Below are positions 19,100 to 31,662 of a DNA stretch of 64,000 nucleotides, piece by piece. The stretch lies in NCBI GenBank assembly GCA_963823975.1, contig CAWGNP010000003.1, forward strand, positions 209,289-273,288, read 5' to 3'. Numbering within the stretch: the first letter of the stretch is position 1; each line of letters begins with the position of its first letter. Under the pieces are notes generated by a model, which was not told where the DNA came from, searched no databases, and saw nothing but the letters and a program-made list of their open reading frames with translations. This DNA is from an uncultured Chitinophagaceae bacterium. GTDB lineage: Bacteria > Bacteroidota > Bacteroidia > Chitinophagales > Chitinophagaceae. Both the position numbers and the translations under genes were made by a program.

Positions 19100-20105
19100 A
19101 TGATCCGTGCGGGTAAAAATATCAAAATAATTTTCAAGTATGTTATTGCGCCTTTACTTGGTGCATGGCTTTTTTATTCATTATATAAACAAATAAAAGA
19201 GCAGCCGCATCTGCAAGAATCCATTAACCTTATAAAACAAGCGCCCTTTGGTGCACAGGCATGGAAGTTCTGGATAGTTATTTTATTAGTATTTGTAAAC
19301 TGGGGCTTTGAATCAAAAAAATGGCAAGTGCTTTTGCAAACGATTCAACCTGTAAGTTTTTTTACTGCTTATAAATCTGTGCTAAGCGGAATTACCCTTT
19401 CGCTAAATATGCCTAATCGTATCGGCGAATATGGCGGCAGAATATTATATGTAAATGAAGGAAAAAGAATTAAAGCCATTTCGCTTTCTATTGCCGGCAG
19501 CATAAGCCAGCTTATCATTACATTAGTTATTGGTTGCGGCGGCCTTATTTACTTAATTTTTTTTCAGCAAAACACGTCAGGTGCAATAATGGGACTTTCT
19601 CTATTCTGGATCAAAACACTTTTATATTTATCATCTTTTTTTTCAATAATCACAGTTCTTTTTTATTTCAGATTATCCTGGCTTATAAAGCTTGTTGAAA
19701 AAATTCCCGCAGCAGCCAAGTATGTTGAGTACATTGATGTGCTTGAAGATTTCAATGCAAAATTATTGTTAAGGTTACTCTATCATTTCTTTGTTACGAT
19801 ACATTGTTTTCGTCATACAGTATATATTACTGTTGCAGGTTTTAGATGTTCATGTTTTATGGTTAAATGGCTTTTGGATTATAAGTATTCTTTTTCTTGT
19901 GCTGGCTATTGTGCCATCTTTTGCCATTGCAGATTTAGGCATCAGAGGAAAATTCAGTACGCAGCTTTTGAGCTTATACAGTGCAAATACAATAGGAATA
20001 ATTGGAACCACATTTGGTATATGGTTCATCAATTTATTCATTCCTGCTTTCGCAGGAAGCCTGCTAATATTGGGTATTAAATTTTTAAAGACAAATAAAG
20101 ATTGA
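19100..20105 (+). CDS. Lysylphosphatidylglycerol synthase TM-domain (flippase-like) membrane protein (frameshift near 19785)
   Basis: VNWGFESKKWQ, PNRIGEYGGR; second frame ADLGIRG, WFINLFIPAFAGS. Confidence 0.8.
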
Positions 20106-20890
20106 AAACACTTACGACTATTCTTATCTTACTCTTTGCATTTTCAACGAAAGCCGGGGATGAATTTTGCGGGATAACCAATACAGCGTTTAATCCTGGC
20201 GAGGTAATAACTATGAAAGTATATTACACAACGCTTGGAATGTATGTGGGCGCCGGAGAAGCTGTATTCTCAACAAGCCTGGAAAGGTTCAATGGACGCA
20301 CGGTATATCATTGCGTGGGCACAGGTTCATCTTACTCCTTCTTTGATAATTTTTACAAAGTGCGTGACAGGTATGAAACGTATATTGACACAGCCACAAT
20401 GCTTCCTGTAAAATTTATACGCAATGTGGATGAAGGCGGAACAAAATTTTATGACAATGTAACCTTCAATCATAGTGCAGGCACTGCCGTAAGTACTAAA
20501 GGTGTTTATAAAATCGGCTCATGCATTCAGGATGTTATTAGTTCTACCTATTACGCAAGAAACATCAACTTCAATAAATATAAGCCCGGAGATAAAATTC
20601 CTTTTGATATGTTTTTAGATAATGAAACGTATCATTTGTACTTGCGCTATGAAGGCAAGGAAACTATAAAAACGAAGTATGGGAAATTTAGGGCGATAAA
20701 GTTCAAACCTTTACTGATAAAGGGTTCTATTTTTCAGGGCGGCGAGCAAATGAACGTGTGGGTGAGTGATGATGCCAATCATTTGTTATTGCGTGCTGAA
20801 AGCCCCATATCAGTAGGCACTATTAAGATTGATATGATGGGTTACAAAAATTTGCGTTATCCGCTTACATCATTAGTAAGTTTCAGGTAA
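20102..20890 (+). CDS. DUF3108 domain secreted protein
   Basis: Signal peptide, AFNPGEVI, FYKVRDRYETYID, WVSDDANHLLLRAES. Confidence 0.8.
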   Translation: MKTLTTILILLFAFSTKAGDEFCGITNTAFNPGEVITMKVYYTTLGMYVGAGEAVFSTSLERFNGRTVYHCVGTGSSYSFFDNFYKVRDRYETYIDTATMLPVKFIRNVDEGGTKFYDNVTFNHSAGTAVSTKGVYKIGSCIQDVISSTYYARNINFNKYKPGDKIPFDMFLDNETYHLYLRYEGKETIKTKYGKFRAIKFKPLLIKGSIFQGGEQMNVWVSDDANHLLLRAESPISVGTIKIDMMGYKNLRYPLTSLVSFR

Positions 20891-20891
20891 A

Positions 20892-21732
20892 CTATATATC
20901 TCTTAAAAAAAATGTCTCTTTACTCCTAATGCCTTTCTCAGTTTGAATAAGATTGCAGCATTCATCAATGGATCATGCTCAAAAAATAAAATATAGTCTT
21001 TTTTCAATGCTTCGTTTAGAAAAGATTTTTTTTCTGTTAAGGTTAACAATGGCTGCATATCATAAGCCATTACATAGGCAATAGGAATATGTGCAACTGA
21101 TGGAAGTAAATCGGCCATAAACACAATTGTATTGTCTTTATATTTTATTTGCGGTAACATCATTGCTTCTGTATGGCCATGTACAAAGCGAATACTATTA
21201 AATTTTCCGTAAATGAAATTCCTTCTATTGCATCAATAAATTTTAATTGCCCACTTTCTTTTATAGGTAAAATATTTTCTTTCAAAAAGCTTGCTTTTTC
21301 CCTGTCATTTGGCTGCGTTGCCCATTTCCAGTGATCTTCATTGCTCCAGTAAGTTGCATTTTTAAATGCAGGAACTAACTCATCATTTACTACTTCAATG
21401 CTTCCGCCGCAATGATCAAAATGCAAATGTGTTAAAAAAACATCGGTAATATCATCTTTAGTAAATCCATATTTTGCCAGAGACTTTTCTAAAGTATCAT
21501 CACCATTTAAATAATAATGACTAAAAAATTTTTCATCTTGCTTATTGCCCGTTCCATTATCAATGAGAATAAGTTTATCATCATCTTCAATAAGTAAACA
21601 TCGCATTGCCCAGTTGCATAAATTATTTTTATCAGGCTCATTTAATTTGCTCCATATACTTTTTGGAACCACACCAAACATAGCGCCACCATCAAGCTTA
21701 AAGTAACCGGCATTTACAGGATATAATTTCAT
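20892..21732 (-). CDS. MBL-fold metallo-hydrolase (two apparent frameshifts)
   Basis: FKLDGGAMFGVVPK, THLHFDHCGG, GHTEAMM, MADLLP, FFEHDP. Confidence 0.9.
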
Positions 21733-23060
21733 ATTTGGGAATAAGAAAGTTCAGCTTTCGGCTGTTTCATAATTGTATACAATAAAATAAAAAAAGAAAT
21801 AATAAAATAAGTCATTAAAAAGAAAACAGCATTTCTCATGCCACCCAAACCTTCCGTAACAAGCCCGAATGTTGTCATGCCAATAACGGTGCTTACTTTA
21901 TCACACACATCATAAAAACTAAAGTAGGAAGCGGTATCTTTTGTTGGCGGCATCAGTTTGGAATAAGTGGACCTTGATAGTGATTGAATGCCTCCCATAA
22001 CCAGGCCTACCGTTCCTGCAAGACAATAAAAAGCAAATTCGGTATAAACAAAATATGCCCATGCACAAATACCTGCCCAGATGAGTACGCCAATGATAAG
22101 TACTTTTAAGTTTCCAAATCTTTTTGAAAAAAATGAAAACAGATATGAGCCGCCAATGGCAACAATTTGAATAATTAAAATAGTCAATATCAGTTTACCA
22201 CTGTTGGCCGCATCCCTTTCCTTATTACCTGTGTTTGGAAATATTTGTTGCTTCGCAAATAAAGCTGCCGAATACATAACAGTTTCCACGCCCATTCCGA
22301 GGAAAAAGAATGCAAGTAAAAAGCGCTTAAGGGTTGCTTCATGTTTCAGTTGTTGCCAAACTTTTCTTAGCTCATGATATCCTTTAGTAAAAATGCTTCG
22401 GCTATGAGACGCAGTAGCAGCAATGCTTTTAGGCAACACAGCAAAAGTTATTTGTGCAAAACCCATCCACCAAATGCCTGTTAAAACAAAAGATATCTGA
22501 GAAGCCTTTGTTGCATCGGGGATACCAAACAACGCAGGTTTTGAAACCATTATTAAACATATGATTAATAAAATAACGCTTCCTACATAACCCAATGCAA
22601 AGCCTTTAGCACTTACGTTATCCTGGTCTTTCACGCTCGCTATTTCGGGTAAGTATGCGTTATAAAAAACAATGCTGGCACCAAAGCCAATGGATGCCAA
22701 TACAAAAAGAACAATACCCAGTTGCGGATTTTCCGGGCTAAACCAATACATAGCGCAACAACTTAAGGAACCCATATAACAAAAAAACTGCATGAATTTT
22801 TTTTTGCTTCCGTAAGCATCGGCAATAGATGAAAGCACTGGAGATATAATAGCAACAGCAAGAAAAGAAAATGCAACAGCGTAATCATACAAAGCAGTAG
22901 GCTCGCTGAAAGTGCGGCCAAGAAAAGTTATTTTTTTCCCGGAAGTAACACCTTCATAATATGCAGGAAAAATAGAGGATGTAATAACAAGGCTGTAAAC
23001 AGAATTTGCCCAATCGTACATTGCCCAGCCATTGATGACTTTTTTTGCAGCAGTTTGCAT
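21729..23060 (-). CDS. MFS transporter (UMF1/Atg22-like)
   Basis: WAMYDWANS, YNAYLPEI, GGIQSLSRSTYSKL; about 12 TMs. Confidence 0.9.
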   Translation of the reverse strand: MQTAAKKVINGWAMYDWANSVYSLVITSSIFPAYYEGVTSGKKITFLGRTFSEPTALYDYAVAFSFLAVAIISPVLSSIADAYGSKKKFMQFFCYMGSLSCCAMYWFSPENPQLGIVLFVLASIGFGASIVFYNAYLPEIASVKDQDNVSAKGFALGYVGSVILLIICLIMVSKPALFGIPDATKASQISFVLTGIWWMGFAQITFAVLPKSIAATASHSRSIFTKGYHELRKVWQQLKHEATLKRFLLAFFFLGMGVETVMYSAALFAKQQIFPNTGNKERDAANSGKLILTILIIQIVAIGGSYLFSFFSKRFGNLKVLIIGVLIWAGICAWAYFVYTEFAFYCLAGTVGLVMGGIQSLSRSTYSKLMPPTKDTASYFSFYDVCDKVSTVIGMTTFGLVTEGLGGMRNAVFFLMTYFIISFFILLYTIMKQPKAELSYSQI

Positions 23061-23146
23061 GTATTAATTATGAACGCTCAAATTACTACAATTTTGTATT
23101 GATAGCTTTCTGTGATTGTTTAAAAAACGTGTGTTGGGTAACAGTA

Positions 23147-23941
23147 TCATTTATTCAGGTATCCTGCATAAAGCATAATAAGCAATGCGATGCCGGCAAT
23201 AACCCTGTAAAAGCCCCAAAACCTGAAGCCATATTTCTTTAGCATGGTAATAAAGAACTTAATAGCAATTAACGCTACTATAAATGCAACTACATTACCA
23301 ATACAAAGAATTTTTATTTGAGCGTGAGTGAAAGCACCATTTTCTTTTGTATACTTATACATTTTGTATACGGTTGCTGCAAGCATGGTGGGTACTGCAA
23401 GAAAAAAAGAGAATTCAGCAGCAGCGCTTCTTGTAAGCTTTTGCTGCATGCCTCCGATAATGGAAGCGGCACTTCGACTTACTCCTGGTATCATTGCAAT
23501 GCATTGCCAAATGCCTATTATAAAGCCTTTGCTATACGAAACTTCACGTTCATTGTGGATGGTGGGGCTTTTAAAAATATTATCTACAAACAACAAAACT
23601 ATACCACCAGCCAGCATACTTATTGCAACAGTTTCAGAGCTTTCCAGAAGTTGATCAATTTTATTTGATAATATAAAACCTAATATCAATGCCGGAATAA
23701 CAGCAACAATAAGCTTCACATAAAATTGCCATCGTGAAAAATCAAAAAATTTTTTCCAGTATAAAACAACGACAGATAAAATAGCGCCCAACTGAATGGC
23801 AACTGTAAAGACCGTATTAAATGCATCATCTTTTATATTCAATAATTTTTCTGCAATGATCATATGCCCTGTTGAGGAAATAGGAATAAATTCTGTGATG
23901 CCTTCTACAATGCCTATAATGATAGATTGCTCTGTTGTCAT
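23147..23941 (-). CDS. uppP: Undecaprenyl-diphosphatase UppP/BacA
   Basis: [34 protein letters not shown]. Confidence 0.97.
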   Translation of the reverse strand: MTTEQSIIIGIVEGITEFIPISSTGHMIIAEKLLNIKDDAFNTVFTVAIQLGAILSVVVLYWKKFFDFSRWQFYVKLIVAVIPALILGFILSNKIDQLLESSETVAISMLAGGIVLLFVDNIFKSPTIHNEREVSYSKGFIIGIWQCIAMIPGVSRSAASIIGGMQQKLTRSAAAEFSFFLAVPTMLAATVYKMYKYTKENGAFTHAQIKILCIGNVVAFIVALIAIKFFITMLKKYGFRFWGFYRVIAGIALLIMLYAGYLNK

Positions 23942-23970
23942 TTTAAGAGTTCGTTATACTTTAAAAATAT

Positions 23971-23996
23971 AAAAAAGGCGATGAAATATCATCGCC
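23971..23996 (-). terminator. Intrinsic terminator after DUF3098 gene
   Basis: GGCGATGA-N4-TCATCGCC followed by T6 on the minus strand. Confidence 0.75.
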
Positions 23997-24016
23997 CCAT
24001 ATTAAATTCATGTGAA

Positions 24017-24325
24017 TTATTTCGGCTTTTTCATTATTGCAAAAATTTCAACTAAAAGCCCTGCAACAATAAGTATGGGCGCAATTGTAATACGCATGGG
24101 GCTATAAATATCCTGATCTTTAAACACATTGGGGTTGCTGCTTTTACCACCAGCCATTAGGAAAAAGCCAAGCGCAAGAATAACAAGACCGATAATCATC
24201 CATTTATAGTTTTCCTTAGTAAAAAGTATATTCTTTACAGGCTCATTTTTTACAACTGGCTTTATAGCTTTCTTCGCCGTTGTTACAGGTGCAGGCGTTA
24301 CTTTTTTGGCTGGCTGTGGGTTCAT
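24017..24325 (-). CDS. DUF3098 domain membrane protein
   Basis: FTKENYKWMIIG...GFFLMAGG...RITIAPILIVAG; position between ftsX and uppP. Confidence 0.85.
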   Translation of the reverse strand: MNPQPAKKVTPAPVTTAKKAIKPVVKNEPVKNILFTKENYKWMIIGLVILALGFFLMAGGKSSNPNVFKDQDIYSPMRITIAPILIVAGLLVEIFAIMKKPK

Positions 24326-24363
24326 TATATAAACAATTTATGATGTTATTTATTTTAAAATGA

Positions 24364-25242
24364 TCAATACAGATCATCTAATTTCATTTTCAAATATTTT
24401 AAAACAGACCGGTGTGTGCTGAACAAAGTAATGAATAACCCAAGAATGATGATGCCTGCAAATATCACTAACATATTACTGTTATCATGCAATACTTTCA
24501 GGTAAGGAATGAATTTTTCAGAAAGCCCTATAAAGCCAATCATTAATGCGATTGCAATTCCAGAAGCAATAAGCCCATTTACAATTGCCCGGCCGTCGAG
24601 AGGCTTTGCAATAAACATTCTTGTTGCACCCACCATCTGCATCGTTTTTATTAAAAAGCGATTGCTGTACATTGCCAATCGTATTGTATTGTCAATAGAA
24701 ACAATTACCAATATGGCCAAAATGATTGCAACAGTAAGCAAAACGTAAGTTGTATTTTTTACATACTGGCTTACGCTGGCAACGGTTTCTTTTGGTGTTT
24801 GAAATTCCGATACGGTGTTGGGAAAATTGGTAAGTAAATAATTTTCAAGATGTGCGAGGCTGTCTTTATCAACATAATTTGCCTTTACATAAAAATCAAT
24901 GCTTTCCGGCAACGGGTTGCTGATAGCCAGTTTTTTCCACATGGTATCATTCTCTTTATTATATTTTTCAATAGCTATTTCGCGGGTGATATACTCAACA
25001 TTCACTGCATAAGGCAGGCTTTCAATATAATTTTTCACACTATCTACCTGCTTATGGCTTGCGGTTCGAAACATATAAGCATGCAGCTGTATGTTTTCTT
25101 TAAAATAATCTCCTGTTTTTTTTATGTTTAAAAAAATCCAGCCAACTACACCAAAAAGAAATAACACGAGCGATACGCCGATGATGGCATATATATAAGA
25201 AGGCTTTCCTCTTTTAGCAGATGCTTTACCAACTTGCGACAT
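24364..25242 (-). CDS. ftsX: Cell division permease FtsX
   Basis: NPLPESI, IDNTIRLAMYSNRFLIKTMQMVGAT, LKMKLDDLY. Confidence 0.93.
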   Translation of the reverse strand: MSQVGKASAKRGKPSYIYAIIGVSLVLFLFGVVGWIFLNIKKTGDYFKENIQLHAYMFRTASHKQVDSVKNYIESLPYAVNVEYITREIAIEKYNKENDTMWKKLAISNPLPESIDFYVKANYVDKDSLAHLENYLLTNFPNTVSEFQTPKETVASVSQYVKNTTYVLLTVAIILAILVIVSIDNTIRLAMYSNRFLIKTMQMVGATRMFIAKPLDGRAIVNGLIASGIAIALMIGFIGLSEKFIPYLKVLHDNSNMLVIFAGIIILGLFITLFSTHRSVLKYLKMKLDDLY

Positions 25243-25486
25243 AAAAATTAATGATTTAGTTATTACAATTCAATGTACAAAGCAGTTTGCAAAACTAAAT
25301 GTTTTTAAACAGTTTAGTATTTTTGCATGATTACTTAATTGCTAATGTAATTTACCAGGAGCATTGCAGGTACTCATACATTCATGAATAACATTTCTTT
25401 CACAAATAATTAAAACCAAAGCATACGGTTTTTATTATCAATACTTTTAAAAATATTGTTTCTAAAATTTAAGTGTTATCAAAATA

Positions 25487-28286
25487 ATGGAATATAATTT
25501 CAGGTCTATAGAAAAAAAATGGCAGCAACAATGGAAAGATGCTGAAGTATATAAAGTCAGCAATACATCTGATAAGCCAAAGTTTTATGTGCTGGATATG
25601 TTTCCTTATCCGAGTGGTGCAGGCCTTCATGTCGGTCATCCGCTCGGCTACATAGCCAGTGATATATATGCAAGGTATAAACGGCTGAAAGGCTTTAATG
25701 TACTGCATCCTATGGGTTACGATAGCTTTGGATTGCCTGCAGAGCAATACGCTTTGGAAACCGGCCAGCACCCTGCTGTCACTACAGAAAATAATATTAA
25801 AACGTTCCGGCAACAGTTAGATAATATTGGGTTTTGTTTCGACTGGAGCCGTGAAGTAAGAACGAGCGATCCGAAATATTATAAATGGACACAATGGCTT
25901 TTCTTGAAATTATTTAACAGCTGGTATGATAGAACTCTTGAGAAGGCAAGAAGCATACAGGAGCTAATAAAAATATTTGAAGAAGCGCGGTAATATTGAT
26001 GGTAACATAAAGGCATACACGAAAAAACGTTTCTCTGCAGAAGAATGGAAACGTTTTTCCGAAGAAGAAAAACATGGAAGTTTTGATGGATTACCGGCTT
26101 GCTTACTCTGCTTATGGTGAAGTGAATTGGTGCGAAGCCCTGGGAACTGTTCTTGCCAATGATGAGGTGATCAATGGTGTGAGCGAAAGGGGCGGCCATC
26201 CAGTTGTTAAAAAGAAGATGAGGCAATGGTATTTGCGAATTACTGCATATGCTGAAAGATTGTTGAAAGGCCTGGAAACAGTGGACTTCAGTGACGCAAT
26301 GAAAGAGATGCAACGCAACTGGATTGGCAAAAGTGAAGGTGCTGAGATAGACTTTGAAATTCAAGATTCAACCATTTAAAATAACAGTTTATACAACAAG
26401 GCCCGATACCATCTTCGGTGTTGACTTTATGGTGCTTGCTCCTGAACATGAATTGGTGAAGCAAATAACAACACCATGAACAAAAACAGGAAATTGAAAA
26501 TATCTTGAATATATAAAGAGCCGCAGCGAACGTGAAGGCTTACCGAAGTAAAACAAATTACCGGTGCGTTCACAGGTGCTTATGCAATTAATCCATTCAA
26601 CGGCAAAGAAATTCCTATATGGATTTCGGAGTATGTTTTGGCGGCTATGGCACAGGGGCTATAATGGCTGTGCCTTGCGGCGATCAGCGGGATTTTGATT
26701 TTGCAAAACATTTTAATATACCGATCACAAATATTATCGGTGAATATTTTAATGGTGAAGAAGCCAATCCAACAAAAGAAGCAACGCTTCTCAATTCAGA
26801 TTTTTTAGATGGTATAAAGATGAAAGATGCCGTAAGTATCATCTTAAAAAAAATTGAAGAAAAGAATATTGGTAAAAGGAAAACGAATTATAAAATGCGT
26901 GATGCCGGATTTAGCCGCCAACGTTATTGGGGCGAGCCTTTTCCAATTGTATATCATAGTGGAATAGCTTACGCGCTCGATGAAAAAGAGTTACCAGTTA
27001 AGTTGCCTTACGTTGAAAATTATAAGCCCGGCCCTGAAGGTGAAGGGCCTTTGGCGAATGTAAAAGATTGGGTGGATATTGGTAATGGTTACACCCGGGA
27101 AACCAATACCATGCCCGGTTATGCAGGTTCTTCGTGGTATTTTTTAAGATACATGGATCCGCATAATGATAATGAATTTGCCAACAAAAAAATTACTGAT
27201 TACTGGAACCAGGTGGATGTATATGTTGGCGGAACCGAACATGCAGTTGGTCATTTGTTGTACAGCCGCATGTGGACAAAAGTTTTATATGATTTAGATC
27301 TAATAAGTTTTGATGAGCCTTTTAAGAAGTTAGTGAACCAGGGAATGATTACTGGAAGATCTTATTTTTTTCAATTAGAAAATCCGTACAGTGAGAACAT
27401 CATTTCAAAAAGTCTGTCAAATGAGATTACCGCTTTTAAAAGATTTAAGTATGGCCATAAATATATTGACGGTACCGGAAAATTAATTAGAAAGCTGTTT
27501 GTAAAATACTTAGCAGAATATAAATTAAATTCAAATGATTTTATCATTGAATGGTTAAATGATGGACAAGATGATTATATTATTTTGAAAGAAGAATCAG
27601 AAAAGATGTCTAAATCAAAATTTAATGTTGATAACCCAAATGACTTGATAGACAAATATGGCGCTGATACTTTCCGCATGTATGAAATGTTTTTAGGTCC
27701 TGTTGAGCAAAGCAAACCATGGGATACCAAAGGCATTGAAGGTGTTCATCGCTTCTTAAAAAAATTATGGCGTTTATTTTATGATGATGTAAAAGGCAAA
27801 GTTTGGAATGATGAAAAACCGACTGAAGCTGAATTTAAAATTTTGCACAAAGCCATAAAAAAAATAGAAGAAGATACGGAGCGCTTTTCTTACAATACCG
27901 CAGTAAGCGCTTTCATGGTTTGTGTAAATGAACTTACAGATATAAAATGTAATAAAAAGGAAGTCCTTGAATCCTTACTAATTCTCCTCACACCTTATGC
28001 GCCGCACATTTCCGAAGAGCTGTATCATGCGCTGGGCAATACTTCTACCATTCTTGATGCTGCTTATCCAAAGCTGGAAACAAAATATTTAATTGAATCT
28101 GAAAAAGAATATCCTGTTTCAATAAATGGTAAAATGCGTACTACCATCAACATATCTTTAGATGCTTCCCAGAATGAAGTAGAGAAGATTGCCATGAACA
28201 ATGAAGTGGTTCAAAAATGGACAGAGGGCAAAGCGCCTAAAAAAATAATCTTTGTAAAAAATAAAATGATCAATGTAGTGATATAA
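25487..28286 (+). CDS. leuS: Leucine--tRNA ligase (several apparent frameshifts in 25990-26640)
   Basis: [14 protein letters not shown] (HIGH), [34 protein letters not shown]. Confidence 0.96.
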
Positions 28287-28287
28287 C

Positions 28288-28314
28288 CCAAAGCCACGCT
28301 GGTAATGGCTTTGG
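28288..28314. terminator. Hairpin between convergent leuS and S41 peptidase genes
   Basis: CCAAAGCCA-N9-TGGCTTTGG; no clear U-tract. Confidence 0.55.
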
Positions 28315-28327
28315 AATATATTATTAA

Positions 28328-31300
28328 TTACTTATTAATTGCATTTGAAGAATCTGATGATACTTCTTTCAGCATTTCTTTTACTGCCGCTTCTATCTGC
28401 TGATCTTCTCCTTTTAGAATTTTATTGTAATCATCCTGAACCAAAATATCAGGCTCCAGCTCATTATTTTCTAAGATTTTATTTTCTTTTAAACCAACAC
28501 TTGCAATCATTGGAACACCAAAAATCATAGTCGGATCAATCTGGGTTTCCCACCAAACTGCAGTTCCCGTACCGGGAACCGGCATGCCTATCAGCTTACC
28601 AATGCCTTTTGTTTTGTATGCATAAGGAAACATGTGTGCATCACTGTAGTTTGCTTCGTTCATTACCACGCAGCTTGGCTTCCACCACTTACCTTGCGGC
28701 TCGCCGCCATCAATTGGCTTCTCGCCATAGGGCTCATAATAGATATAATGCTTGCCTGAAAGAAAGCTGGATAAATCCTCATGAAGCCATCCACCGCCAT
28801 TATATCTCGTATCAACTATCAACGCTTTTTTTGTAAGATTTTTACCTAAGACCTGGTCATATACACTGCGATAACTTTGATCATTCATTGATTGCACATG
28901 CACATAACCAATTTTTCCACCGCTTAATTTATCAACCATCGCACGCATTTTATTCGTCCATCTTCTGTACAGCAGATCATTCTCCATTTCAGGTTTCATA
29001 GGCTTTACCACTTCATCAAATGTATTTTTTGATGATGGATCATATACAGTTAGCAATACATTCATGTCTGCTTTCCGGTTTAAAAGTATAGCCCAGTCTG
29101 TCGAATCGCTTATTTCGTTGCCGTCAATTTTCACAATTGTTTGTACCGGCTCTTATCTTGCTTTGAGCTTTATCCAATGGGCCGCCTGCAATTACTTCGG
29201 CAATCTGTAATCCTTTGCCAGCCTTCATTTCATTGTACAACAAGCCAAGTGAAGCGGTAACATCGGCGTTTTCCGTATGAGGTCTGTATCGTCCGCCGGT
29301 ATGTGATACATTCAGCTCACCAAGCATCTCACTTAGCAGTTCTCTGAAGTCATAATTATCTGCAATGAACGGCAAAAATTTTTCATACGTTTTTTTATAC
29401 ATTGCCCAGTCTGCGCCATTCATATTTGGGTCATACAATTTTTTCTTTACCTGTCTCCATGCATGTTCAAAAATATATTTGCGCTCAGCACCGCCATCCA
29501 CAATCATTTCACTATTTATAGTTACCGGCGTCACTTTTCCATCAGCAGTGGTTACTTGCGATATTTTTCCATTGGATAGCACGACAAGTCTTTTACCGTC
29601 TTTGCTCATATCAAGATCAGCATTGTCAGCGCCCAGCTTTGCAAGATTTTTTAGCTCATGTGTTCTCGTATCCAATTCCCACAAATCATATCCCTTTTCA
29701 AAACGTGCAGTAAAATATAGCTTATCACCTTTAGGAGAAATTTTAAAGCTGCCCAGGTTGATCGCACTCGCTGTTAATCGTATTCTCCTCGTATCAAGAT
29801 CCGTTAGATCCATTTTAAAAGGCTCTTTTATTTTTCTTGCAAGAGCTGTATCGGGTTTGTCTTTTTTGCTTGTATCAGGCTTATCGTCTTTGTCATTTAT
29901 TAAAGCATACTCCTCTTTACTCAGCTGAAACTGATCATAAGTTTCTTTATCAAAAAACATTGCATAAATATCCACCTCACGTGCCCCTTGAATTGCAAGC
30001 GGGCGCTTGCCGTTCCTATCAGTGATCCAAAGCAATGCCTTACCATTTAAAGCCCACTCCATGCCTCCGCTTCCGAAGCCCGATTCTGTTACGTCCGTGC
30101 CTTTATCATTTTTAGTTACATCAAAAAGCATGATCTCATTAGCGCCATAATATCCCTTGGAATCCTGCGCTGCTATCCATTTGCTATCAGGGCTCCACTT
30201 GTAATTTTGATCACCATCGGCATAAGAAAAATTTTGCCCTTCAGGAATAATTGTTCTTGAGGTTTTTTTATCAAGATTATATACTTTCAAAGTATTTCTT
30301 TCTTCCAGGTAAGCAATCTCTTTTCCATCGGGAGATTCCAGTGGCTGAAACTCATCTTTATCTGTTGCTATAATGGGCTCCGTTTTTAAAACCGTAGATG
30401 TATAAAAATATTTTTCTTCTTTTCTTGCAATGGATGTTCTCATAATATCCCAACCTGTTTCTTCGTGCTCCGCTGCATAATAAAGGCTTCTTCCATCGGG
30501 GGAAAACGTTACGCTTCTTTCCTGGAAAGGTGTGTTGGTTATGCGCTTTGTCATGTTACCTTCCAGTGATGTTACAAACACTTCCCCGCGAAAAACAAAT
30601 GCAATTTCTTTTCCGTTAGGTGATAGCTTAAACTCAGTAGCACCGCCATTCACAGACATTACTTTTTGTGTATTGCTTTTGTTTTCGGAGTTAATAATGA
30701 TATCAACTTTTTGGGCATCGCCGCCAGGCTTCATTGTATAAATTTCACCATCGTATGTAAAGCAAAGTGTATTATCATTTGCCCTGCTTAAAAATCTTAC
30801 CGGATTATTTTTAAAACTGGTTAATTGCTTTTCATCGTTTCCGTTAATGGATGCTTCATATACATTTAAAGAACCGCTTTTTTCATTTAAATAAAAATAT
30901 TTGGTGTCATCAGAAGCAAATACCGGCTCACGATCTTCACCATCAAAGTTGGTTAATTTTTTATAAGAATCATTAGTAAAATTATACAACCAAATATCTC
31001 TTGTGATGGAAGATGTATGATGCTTGCGCCATGGATCTTCATAACCTTTATTATCCTGAAAAATAACTTGATTCCCTTTTGAATTGTAATGCGCATTTTC
31101 CATCCCCGCATCATTAATCATAACACTTCGGCCGCCACCAGCAGGTACTTCATATAATTTTTTAAAAACGGTTGGCAATGGAAATCGAACCGAAGCATGC
31201 AAGATCATTTCTGCCTGAAGTAAAAATGACTTTACTATCATCAGGAGAAAAATCCCAGGGAAAATCAATAGCCGAATTATAGGTCAAGCCTTGTTGGCTC

Positions 31301-31594
31301 ACCTCCATCAGCACTTATAATGAACACATCAAAATTGCCAAAGCGATCGCTGGCAAATGCAATCTTTTTTCCATCGTGGCTCCATACTGGCATGAAATCA
31401 TGCGCTTCGTGCAATGTAAGCGGGTAGGCAGTTCCGCCCGATGCATCCACTTTATACAAGTCTCCTTTAAAGCTAAAAACAATGCTTTTTCCATCGGGAG
31501 AAATGGCAGGATAGCGAAGCCATAAAGGATTATTTTGAGAGAATGCTTGAAATGAAATTATACTAAAAGCGAAAAGAAAGATAAACATGTTCAT
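28328..31594 (-). CDS. Tricorn-like S41 protease with PD40 repeats and PDZ (apparent frameshifts near 31270 and 29135)
   Basis: Signal peptide, WLRYPAISPDG, ELNVSHTG, DTRYNGGGW, NYSDAH, GMPVPGTGTAVWWE. Confidence 0.92.
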
Positions 31595-31662
31595 AAGTAA
31601 TCAGCATTGATAAATAAATTATTGACCTTGCAATTTATTGAATAAATAACAATGTTTTTTTA

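Noticed and set aside
25327-25350. Leu-rich leader peptide for leuS (ATG ATT ACT TAA TTG CTA ATG TAA)
   Set aside because: In-frame stop at codon 4, and the ATG lies too close to the -7 element to be transcribed; it would require assuming a base error.
29845-29900. DKPDT repeat in the tricorn protease
   Set aside because: Ordinary charged low-complexity linker typical of this family.
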